A stretch of 64,000 bases of DNA, taken from assembly GCF_009914755.1 (NCBI RefSeq), contig NC_060941.1; one strand, written 5' to 3'. The translations under genes were made by a program, and so were the position numbers. The notes beneath the pieces were generated by a model. It worked only from the letters and a program-made list of their open reading frames with translations, did not search any database and had not been told where the DNA came from. Source of the stretch: the human T2T-CHM13v2.0 reference genome, Homo sapiens. Positions 29,411-41,385 of the stretch are shown one piece after another. How positions within the stretch are numbered: position 1 is the stretch's first letter; each line of letters opens with the position of its first letter.

Positions 29411-29557
29411 GGATCATAAAGCTGTTGGAAGACGACCTTTTGATAAGATGGCAACACTTCTTGCATACCTGGGTCCTCCAGAGCACAAACCTGTGGCAGA
29501 TACACACTGGTCCAGCCTTAACCTTACCAGTTCAAAGTTTGAGGAATTTATGACTAG
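29411..29557 (+). CDS. NF1: Neurofibromin exon 35 (legacy 27a), 147 nt
   Basis: tatctAG acceptor, TAG|GTAAAG donor; DHKAVGRRPFDKMATLLAYLGPPEHKPVADTHWSSLNLTSSKFEEFMT(R). Confidence 0.96.
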
Positions 29558-30600
29558 GTAAAGTACAACCTTGAAATAGTTGATTGCTTTCTTTTTGGTT
29601 GAGAAGGAGAGTTTGCCACCAGGCCACTTGTTAGATATGATAGAAGACTATGAGGAAAGATGTATTTAATAATCACATTGCCATGTTTGGGGAATCCAAC
29701 TATATATTATTTATATATATAGGGTGTGTTTTATTTTATATATTGATTGTCATAACAATAGTAACAAATCATATTTTATCATCTTGCTTTCATAAGTTTT
29801 CACATTTAATACTTACCAGGGAGTGAAGACAACATTATTTTCAAATTATAGTTAAGGAAAATGCAACTCAATGTGAATAATTGACTTGCCTAAGATTCCA
29901 CACCTGATTCATAGGTCTTTTGGTTTTAAGTGCAGGACTTCTCTACTACACTATAACATTTTTCAGAACCCTCATAAAGGTTAATGGTTTTAAATTATTT
30001 CAGATTAAGGTTCAGAAAATATAGTATACTTCAGTATTGCTGTAAAATTTCTGTGGACATTTGTTTGAATCCCATTTAGTGGGATTTAGTTTGTGAATGA
30101 AAAGATCCTCATTGTTAGACACTTACTCTGTGATGATACAGTGAGAGTAGTTTGCTGAATCTTTTAAAGTACCTTTCACAGGACTTTATGCTTAGTAAGT
30201 GCTCCTTCGTGTCTGTGATTTGAGTGCTATGTTCATAGTATGTTCCAAAACAGAATAAAACAGAATCTGATGATGAGAAGTTAAAGATTTGTATATAATA
30301 TGCCTTGAATTGTAAGTGCCTGTTGTTAGTTGTATTACTTACAGGTCATGGTTTTGTACATATAACTCCAAACCATTGATACTGTTAAAAGAATATATGA
30401 ATATATGAAAGAATGTATAAACATAAGAATGTATGGGTATATAGTGTCCTTTCCAAATTAATTTTTATTTTTAGCTCTACTAGATTTTTTTTAGTGTAAC
30501 AAATGTTTATTCCTATGTAATTAAGGGCATATTTTCCATACAGACTATTCACATTACCTAATTGAAAATTATATACTACAAAAATATAATACTATTTTTA

Positions 30601-30795
30601 GGCCAGACATGGTGGCTAATACCTATAACCCCAACATTTTGAGAGGCCAAGGTGAGAGAATTGCTGGAGGCCAGGAGTTCAAGACCAGCCTGGGCAACAT
30701 AGTGAGACCTTGTCTTTATTAGATAGATAGATAGGTAGGTAGGTAGGTAGGTAGGTAGGTAGATAGATAGGTAGGTAGGTAGGTAGGTAGGTAGG

Positions 30796-30830
<35 letters not shown>

Positions 30831-31210
30831 GATAAGATAAGATAGATAAGATAGATAGATTGGGCACAGTGGCTCATGCCTGTAATCCCAGCATTTTGGG
30901 AGGCCAAGGCAGGAGGATTGCTTGAGCCCAGGAGTGTGAGACCACCCTGGGCAACATAGCAGGACTCCATCTCTACAAATAATAAAATATTAACCAGGTG
31001 TGATGGTACGCACCTGTGGTCCCAGCTACCTGGGAGGCTGAGGTGGGAGGATTGCTTGAGGATGCAGTGAACTGTGATTGCACCAGTGCATTTCCAGCCT
31101 AGGTGACAGAATGAGACCTTGTCTATAAATAAAGAAATAAGTAAAAATATAAATAAGTAAAAAGAAATATAAGTAAATATAAATATAAATAAATATAAAT
31201 ATAAAAATGA
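30601..31210 (+). mobile_element. Alu left monomer (30601-30720) plus AluJ-like dimer (30861-31130) with A-rich tail
   Basis: Alu consensus blocks either side of a compound microsatellite. Confidence 0.85.
30720..30860. repeat. Compound (TAGA)n/(TAGG)n/(TAAGA)n microsatellite
   Basis: Directly visible. Confidence 0.95.
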
Positions 31211-31805
31211 ATGAATCAAAACAGTTTTTAAATTTGACATCACTGAGGACATCCTAGCCATTTTTCTAGAAAAATATTTTTATTATTCCTTTTTTCTAAG
31301 ATCCTACCTTCCCTTACAAAGCAATCTTTTGTGCTTTTGAAGATTAAGTAATCCAATATATATAATATACTTAGCATAGTATCTGGTACTTGTAAAGTAA
31401 TTAATAAATGTTGGATCTTATTTTTGTTCTAAATTCCCACTGATGCTCTTGGAGACCCATTTTCTTTTTTTAAAAAAAAATGAAGGTAGCTTTATAATAT
31501 TCTCAGTTATTTAAAAAATTATTAAATTACTTGATATAGAAATCTAAAGAAAGTTAAAAAAATTAAAAATTGTTTATCCTCCCTCTCAGAATACTTCACT
31601 TAACGTTTGGTGAATAGTCTCCCAGTCATTTATCTATGCACATGTACATTTGTTTCTCCTATCAAATGATATCTAGGTTGTTTCCATTAATATTTTTAAA
31701 ATTCTGACCTGGTACCAGCAGCATGATGGGCTGAGCTAATGCAATCTCTTCCCAAGACATAAGGCTCATAGAAATACTAGGTGTAAAAGAAAATATGTGT
31801 ACTTA

Positions 31806-32125
<320 letters not shown>

Positions 32126-32129
32126 TTAA

Positions 32130-32690
32130 ATTTATAGCTGAAGCTAGTTTCTAAGCAAATTACCTAGCATACAGTCAGTATAGACAGATAAATGGAAAAT
32201 ATGAAAGAGGTTAGGAGATGCAGAAGATAAAATGAGGAGGTTCAAAATATGTCTAGTAGGTGTTCCCTAGAAACTGAGCTCAGTGAGAATGGGAAGAAGT
32301 AATATTTGAAAGGCTAATGGATGTATGTTTTCTAGAGTTGATGAATGACATGAATCTTGAGGTTGAAGAAGCACACTGAGTCTTGAGCAAACTATATAAA
32401 AATTAAACCAGGCTTTAATACATATGGGAACATAATATATGCTAAAGCTGGTATTCAGAATCGAGATTAGGATGGACTTTCAATAAATGGTTTTGATAAA
32501 ACTGAGTAATGATTTGGAAAAATATTTTCATACCATTTATGATAAACTTCCATAAATCAAAAAAAATGAGCAAAGCAAGGCCTTTTTCATCCATTCAAAA
32601 TCCATAAACTAGAAAAGATTGATAAAATGAATTATTTAAAAAATCATAAACTTCTGTCTGGGACAAAAATGTCATGAGTAAAACCAATCC
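32130..32690 (+). mobile_element. Old L1 fragments
   Basis: A-rich degenerate ORF1/ORF2-like sequence. Confidence 0.45.
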
Positions 32691-32904
32691 TATGGTTAAT
32701 ATTCTTGCCCAGTAGTTCTCTTAGAATAGTCCTAAAAGTGCTTTTGTGGTTCAAAGAGTAATACCTTGAAATTTTTGGTGCATGTTGCCAAATTACCCTT
32801 TAGAATGCCTGTTGCTTTTAAAATATTTTTTCATTTTAGTATTTTATTGTTTATCCAATTATAGACTTTTTTACATACTCAGTAGACAACATAAAGCCTC
32901 ATAA

Positions 32905-33039
<135 letters not shown>

Positions 33040-34633
33040 TAAGAAATACTATGTTTTGGGTCTCTTAACAGAATTTTTTAAATTATAGCAAATATAGAGA
33101 GATGGCAAGTTTGGTTTTTCCCAGTTGACTTAACAGGAATTGAAGACAAGTTTACTTGGGAGCATATAGCAGGGTAAATAGCCTGCGTTTCCTAAAATGA
33201 TGGTCGGTATCTAGTAGCTGCTTTTCATACTACCCATTTCATATTGCTTACTCTGTCCTACATCATTTTTTAAAATACTGCCTGCAATGGATTAATTACC
33301 AAGAGTTAAAAACCCACAAAGAATCTTTTGTTTTCAAGTATATTCTGATTAAATAGTACTCACAACATGATAACTGGGAACTTTTTTTAAAGGAAGAAAT
33401 AAAACTATAAGAGCCTATTTCTGAGAACTTTTAAAAATATGCTGTGTAAGACAGCATCAGGATGATTTAAAAAATAATTCAAAGGAGTGGTGAAAAATCT
33501 CTATGAAGATGGTGCAAGGGGTGGCCTGGAAAACGGTGCTTGTTCATGCTGCCCTCAGTTGAGGCTAGTTCCTAGAAAGCCTTTCTGGAAATGTTGTGAG
33601 CTCTTCCTTAATAATAGGTATGATGCTTGCCTTGCTTTCCCTACCATTGTCTTTTCTTTTTTGCTTCATTTTACCTTCCTTTTGAAAACTCAATCTGTGA
33701 CGTTATTTGGTCAGTTTTACTTTTTCCCATTTACCATGACATACATTCATGGTAATTGAGCCTTAGAGACAACATGATACATAGAGAAACCACTGACTTT
33801 GGAATCTCAAGGACCATGTTTAGACCTAGTTCTGCTACTCATTAGTTATAGACTTAATCTTTACCAGTTTCCTGAATTTAACAGTATTTAACATCCATGA
33901 CCATTAAGTTAGTAGACTTACATTGTTAGTCAGCTTGCTGGCCACAGGTGGCAGTGTGTAGGAAACAAATCAAGGTTGAGAAATAGTAGAGAGACGGTGA
34001 AGGAAGATCAGTGGAAGATGGGAAACTTGTCTAATAGGGTCATTCAGATAGCCTTAAGACCAAGAAGTCCAAAGGACTGGAGTATTAGGGAATCAAGAAA
34101 GTAAGAAAATTGCATTGAACCTCCCGCCACCCCCCTGCCCTTTAACAACTCTAAGTAACCCCTGCTCACCTTCCCATGAAAGGCCTCTCTCCAGCTCTCA
34201 TCTCAGTTGCCATTTCTAAATTGCCTAAGATCATTTTAATTTTCGTTTGCGTTTGAGATGAACCATATTTGTATTCTAACCCCAACCTTTAATACAACCA
34301 GGATATTTTTACTTTTCCGTTGTTGTCTAAGTAAAAAGCAAACATTGGTAAGGGAGGTAGAAGATGTGTTTCCCCCTCTTCTTTAAAATCTTATTAGTTT
34401 ACAAATAGCAAAGATTTCTGGAAAACAAAGCTGCGTTTTTTTTTTTTCGGAATCAGAAACTGTTATATTTGTATTCCCTCTCTGTGGTGATCTAGAAAAA
34501 GCTAAAGGAAAGATTGGACCTGCTGCAGATCCCTTAGTGAGATTCAATCAGTTTGGTTTCCATGAAACCTATTGAGTCTTGTGGCCTGAGAATGCTAAGA
34601 ATTCTCAGCTCTGCTGCTTATTAGCTGCATAAT

Positions 34634-34930
<297 letters not shown>

Positions 34931-36045
34931 TTAGCTGCATAATCTTAGATAAGTTTATTTTTCCAAATCTGTTGCTTCATATGTTAAAGCTGGGGTATGT
35001 GCTTATAAAAACTGTCTACCTCTCCTATAAAGAGTTTTGTGACCTATAAAGTTGTGTAAGGAGTAAATTTGAGATTTTCTTTTTTTCTTTCATTCTTTTT
35101 TTGGGGGATATGGCACTGTCAGTTTCAGATTTTCAATCCTTTTAGTTTCTTACTTAGACCTACTGGAGCTCCTCCTGACCTTCATTTTCACCTGGTGTGA
35201 AGCCTAGCTCCAAGACAGATGAGTACACAGTATATCAGAGCAGAGCATCCATTTACTCCATTATGAAGGTCTTGTCTGTCTGTATGCCGTCAGTTTTGTC
35301 AAAGAGCACTTGGGTTTGACTTCTCTTTTGATATTCCTGTGTTTCTGTGGCTTAGACTACTATGTATTAAGTAATGCTTTTTGAATTGTGGATTTTCTAA
35401 TTTCCTTATCGATGGTCCACAGACGTTTCAGACTTGAAATGTCCAAAACTTAATTCAGTATATCTTCAAATCAACCTCCTCTTCACACCGTATTTCTGTT
35501 TCTCAGTACCATCATCATCCCTTCTAGTTCCCCATCTAGAGACCCTAATCATTTTAAATTCTTTCCTCTTATTGTCTTTCTCATTGTTAGTCACCAAATC
35601 TTGGTTTTACCTGTGAGATCCTGGGCAATCAGTTAAGTTGTTTTAGTTAGGCTTTTATTGCAAAGCAGTCATTTGTATTTTCTCAAGGATAGTTTTTAGG
35701 AAAAGCATGAATTAGCGCAGAGCCTACCCAGATATAGAGAACTAGATGGCTGTGGTGCTGGAACTGGCTATGCTCTTTGACTGTCTCTTGGTTTTGTGTT
35801 CAACTCTTCCTCATGATTTTCATCTTTCTGTATCCTTTCAGCTTTTGCCCCAGATAGTAACCCGTTCATTATCTCAGTACTGCACATCTGAAATTCCAGA
35901 AAGAAAATATGATTCAGCTAAAAAGCATCTCTGCTTGGCAGAAACTTTAATGTTAGGTTCTGGCCAGCCAGTTGATTACTGGCTGCCCCTATGTCCAGTA
36001 TGTGCTCCTGGCCCAGCAGTCATGTGATTCAAAATGTGACCACTT

Positions 36046-36379
<334 letters not shown>

Positions 36380-36394
36380 TTAGGTATGTGTTTT

Positions 36395-36704
<310 letters not shown>

Positions 36705-38025
36705 TAATTTTTTTTTTTAGTTGGAGCTTAATGGTCTAATATTACTATTACGTACCTTGGCAATGTCTTTCGAAACCATTTTCCCCCACTGCTTTGCTGG
36801 AACTCTGTGTCTTACTTATACTAATGTAGCATTATTCTCCTCCTCCTTCATCACCAGTTGACTACTTCTAGGTAATCTTAACATTTCTTCTGGAGCCAGT
36901 TTCCAGTAGAAAGCTTGTCTGTCCCATTGACTCCCTGTATAAAGTCCAAGTTCTGTAGTCAAACATGCAAGGTAATTTTGGCCTAATGTACTTTTCTAAT
37001 CTTTTCCTTCTATTCCATCCAATATACTTATGCTCTTGCCCTGTGGTAAGGTAGCATAATACAAGGACATTGTTGCAACATTGTTTATATAGTGGCAACA
37101 AAAAGGAAAACAATAGAGTTGTGTTTCAAAAGGGGAATTGTTGAATAAATGATGATACATTTACATTAGGGAATAAGGCAATGTGTTAATTTTGCTTGTT
37201 ACAAGTGACAGAAATGCAATTCAAATTTATGTGTGCCAAAAAGGAATTTATTGACTCATGTACCTAAGAAAATCAAGAGATGTATTAGTTTCTTGCATGA
37301 CTAGCTGCAGAGCTTTAAACAGTATCATCTGCAGAACATCTGTCTTCTCTGGCTCTTAACTCTACTTTCTTTGTGTCGGTTTTATTCCCAAGCAGCTGCT
37401 CCCTAGCTGTGGCTGGTAATGGTTTGTGTTCTCCCAGCTTAACAATCCCAGAGGAAAAACACCTCTTTCCCAGTTTTGTGGTTTCAGCAAAAGTGGTTGG
37501 TCTTACTGGCCTGGTGTGAGTCACATGCCATTCCTAAGGCAGTCACTATGGCAAGGGGGATGGAATTTCTTGGTTATCTAGGCCTGGATCATGTGCCCCT
37601 TCCTGGAATGCAGTGGTAAAGCCAGCCCTATCCAAATTGCATGAACTAAAAGGAGGGCATGGGGGCAGGGTTTTCACAAAGGAAAATTGAATTGCTGTTA
37701 CTAGAATGAGGCAAAATGGATACTGGGCAGGCAGAAGTAGCAGAAGTCCTCTACATCCAGCTTTAAAAAGGCCCAGAAAGATGACTCTGACACTTACCTT
37801 ACAAGGTACACGACAGTGTGTGTGTGCACCTGCACATGTGTATGTGTAGACTGAGAAATGTATGAAAGTATACATATTAACTGTTCACATTGCTTATCTC
37901 AGAAGTGTGATTGGAGGAGATAGAGGACCAATTTAATATTTCTGTTATCTATCTCTATGTTGTTTGGCTTGCCAGGAGCATATATTGTTTTTGTAAGAAT
38001 AATTAAAAATATAAAACCCCAAAGT

Positions 38026-38340
38026 GGCCGGGCAAGGTGGCTCACACCTGTAATCCCAGCACTTTGGGAGGCCAAGGCGGGGAAATCACTTGGGCTCAGG
38101 AGTTTGAGATCAGCTTGGGCAGCATGGTGAAACCCTGTCACCACAGAAGAATACAAAAATCAGCCGTACATTGTGGCATACACCTGTAGCCCCAGCTACT
38201 CAGGAGGCTGAGGTGGGAGGATCACTTGATCCTGGGAGGTCAAGACTGCATTGAGCCGAGATCACACCACTGTACTCCAGCCTGGGCAACAGAGTGAGGC
38301 CTTCTCTGAAAGAATACATTAAAACAAAACAAAACAAAAA
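38026..38340 (+). mobile_element. Alu (AluJ-like) with (AAAAC)n tail
   Basis: Alu dimer. Confidence 0.9.
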
Positions 38341-39169
38341 CCCCAAGTTACAAAGAAGAGTTTTCCTCTTAGGAATATTGTGATACCTGGCAATTGCTTT
38401 TTGGGTGGTAGTAGTAAATAATGATAATAGCTAACATTTCCTAAGTGCTTTCTCTGCATCAGGAAACTGTGCATATTACATAATTTCTCATTTAATCTAC
38501 ATAATAACCTTCTGAGATATTATTAACAATTAATTGACGTACGTATAAACTGAAACCCAAACATGGCTATCAGAATGATCTGGAACATTAAAACAAACAT
38601 ATCCCCAGCCCCCATTTCCAAACCAAAATCTCAGGGGCAGGGCCTTATTTATATATTTAACAGGCACTCCAAGTGTTTCATTTATTACTAAAGTTTGGGA
38701 ATCTCACTGGGTCATGTACTTAATTCATGGTAGCACAACTAGTAAGAATCAGAATTCGGTTTCAAACCTAAGCCAAAGCTCTTAACAAATGCACTATTAA
38801 TTACATGCTTATTACTATTATAATTGTATGCTTGGGTAAATCTTTGTAGATGAGCATGAAAACCTAACCAACAGTTATGAGATATATTACTCTGGGGAAA
38901 ATAAGTTCTCGATTCCAGGCATCTGATTTACAAATGGTTTTTTGAAACATAAGACAAGAGTGTACTCAATATAAGATAATCTTGTCATTGGCGCAATATC
39001 ATTATACATTACAAAGGTTAGCAGAATTGGCACCTTTTCTTAGCGAAATGACATATTACTATTAACACATTTCGTGAAATATGTTAATACAGATGAATGT
39101 GTTATTTTGTAGAGCGCTTTAGTTTATCAGATTAGCATTTTTTGTCTGTTTAATAAAAAATAAAATATA

Positions 39170-39497
<328 letters not shown>

Positions 39498-39729
39498 TTA
39501 TCCCACACCCCCATCCTCTATCCCCTATCCCCTATCCTTCATCTCTCTGTCACTGTTGCTCACTCGCTCTCTCACTCTCATGTGTGTGCTCTCTCTCACA
39601 TACACCACACACACACACACACCCCACCTACATAATTTCTTCTCTTACACCTTTAATATAAATATCTGAGTTTTGGTTCAGTTTTGCAAACATTTAAAAG
39701 GCAAACATGGTATTTTGCTTGTTTCAGCA

Positions 39730-39735
39730 TTTAAT
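39730..39735 (-). terminator. Candidate poly(A) signal ATTAAA of the disabled nested gene
   Basis: About 200 nt after the TGA, followed by TGTTTGCCTTTT GU/U-rich element about 22 nt downstream. Confidence 0.55.
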
Positions 39736-39932
39736 AAGGTAGTGCATACTTCTTTCATATGGAAGGAAAACATCATATTAAGTTAATATTTAAACGTACA
39801 CAATTATAATTTGCAAAAAAAAATCAAGATGATAATTTCTTAAATAGTAAATTGAAATAAATGATATTTTCCTAGCATGCTTGTCATTCAGCAATAATAA
39901 GAAACTGAGATAAGAATGCAGGCAGTTGAAGT

Positions 39933-40459
39933 TCACTTCAGCCTGAGTGCAAGTATACACAAAACAGCAAAAATATTACATAGAAAATAAATGTTGTCCA
40001 TTGGATTGAGTATGGTGCTACCATTTGTCACAGTGTTCATATTCATAGTTGTGGCTATCTTTGGGGTCACTGCTGTATTCAGACTTGTCTTGGAATTTGG
40101 AGTCATCTAGGGATTTGAGGTCATTTTGAGATTTGGGCTTGTCCCAGGATTGGTGCTACCATTTGTCACAGTATTCATATTCATAGTTGTGGCTCTTTGG
40201 GGTCACTGCTCTATTCAGACTTGTCTTGGAATTTGGAGTCATCTTGGGACTCGAGGTCATTTTGAGATCTGGGCTTATCCCAGGATTGGGGTTCATTCTG
40301 GGATTGGTGCTCTTCCTGGGATTAGGTCTGGTCCCGGGATTCAGGCTTGACGCAGGATTGGATACTGCCATAGAATTTGAGGTTGTTGATGTTGAAGTTT
40401 GTCCCCGGAATGTTAACAAACATGAAGAGCAGGCCAATCGGTGATAGCTTGAACATCAT
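39933..40459 (-). pseudogene. Disabled single-coding-exon gene for a small signal-peptide, mucin-like, putatively GPI-anchored protein (175 aa after repair)
   Basis: ATG at 40459 six nt after a CAG acceptor; MMFKLSPIGLLFMFVNIPG leader, xNPxxx repeats, NGST + IYFLCNIFAVLCILAL tail, TGA at 39935-39933; one +1 frameshift, one 2-nt deletion, one TAG. Confidence 0.72.
40014..40287. repeat. Tandem duplication, 138 bp (40014-40151) + 136 bp (40152-40287)
   Basis: Two nearly identical copies starting ggtgctaccatttgtcacagt and ending cccaggatt. Confidence 0.92.
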
Positions 40460-41276
40460 CCTCCTCTGTTTCACAATAATTATATAATTTTAATTGAACA
40501 CTTGGATCACAAATAGGCAAGCATATATCCTTAATTGTGTTTATCAGTACATTTGTGTTATGTAAATGTTTGCTTTTTCACTATTAGTGAACAAATTAAA
40601 AGCTTCCCTTTCTTTGTTGTCAACATCTGCTGACAGAAGACCTATTTTCTATTGAGGGCTACCAACTGAAGGCAAAAACAATCCCAAGACTGAAAAAGAG
40701 CTTAATTGGCATTTTTCTATTTAAAAAAGGAAAAAAATAAAACTCTAGACATTCAATGCAATAAATATGGGGGCTTGAGATCAGTATAGAGTAGGGTAGG
40801 GGCAAAGACTGAGAGGCAATTTGGGACAGTAGAGCAACAAAAGAAATAATGAAATAAATATTGGTATTTTCTTGATTTCTCATGACCTTTATTCCAACAA
40901 TTTAAGGTTTTAGTTTAGGTCACAAATTAGGATATTACTTCTAAATATTTACCCAAAGACTAAAGAGGTTAAACCAAAGCATTTCCCCAGTGCTGGGATG
41001 AGGTTTTCTTCATTAACAACAACAACAACAACAATAACAAACTAGAGAAGTTCATAGTTTTAAGATTTAGAAATGAACAAAACCAACTCCTTCATTTTGC
41101 AAATGGGCTCAGACAAGGGGCATAACTTACCTGAGGGTGCATATCTAAAAATGACCCAAGCTAGAACTTAAGTCTGTGACTTAAAGCCCAAATTTTAACT
41201 GTAGAACTCTAACATATATATTAAAAGTTACATTTGGCTCTAATACGTAATTGAGAACATTTCAAATTAATGTTAC

Positions 41277-41338
41277 CTTTTGATATTTTTCTTTGAAGAG
41301 TAAGAATTCAGTCTTTCTCCAGCGTCTATGGGGAATCT
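41277..41338 (-). other. Candidate 62-nt non-coding first exon of the disabled nested gene
   Basis: Runs from the Inr to an AAG|GTAACA donor; contains no ATG. Confidence 0.42.
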
Positions 41339-41385
41339 GATTTCTCACTCACTGCATGCTATTTAAATATAATTAGTGAGGAAGT
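41334..41385 (-). promoter_or_regulatory. Candidate TATA + Inr core promoter with adjacent ETS site
   Basis: TATTTAAATA 41369-41360; Inr TCAGATT (YYANWYY) with A+1 at 41338, 31 nt downstream; GAGGAAGT 41378-41385. Confidence 0.5.

Noticed and set aside
33938-33958. CTCF-like motif ctggccacaggtggcagtgt
   Set aside because: The 5' half of the core fits poorly; cannot be supported without ChIP data.
40270-40400. 18-bp periodic array as a CRISPR-like or satellite element
   Set aside because: Eukaryotic context, no repeat-spacer alternation; explained by hexapeptide coding repeats.
40156-40437. 93-aa - strand ORF as a stand-alone gene
   Set aside because: Begins at TTG, and its ends are out-of-frame readings on either side of two frameshifts in the larger disabled ORF.
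40126-40444. Two + strand ORFs with hydrophobic GLVPG/GLILG-like repeats
   Set aside because: No ATG start; they are the antisense shadow of Asn/Pro/Ser/Thr codons. Start, splice, terminal-signal and poly(A) cues all point to the - strand.
41125-41133. Perfect - strand donor CAG|GTAAGT as the exon 1 donor
   Set aside because: Lies in a MIR-like relic; the 41277 donor is nearer the Inr. Kept only as a possible alternative.
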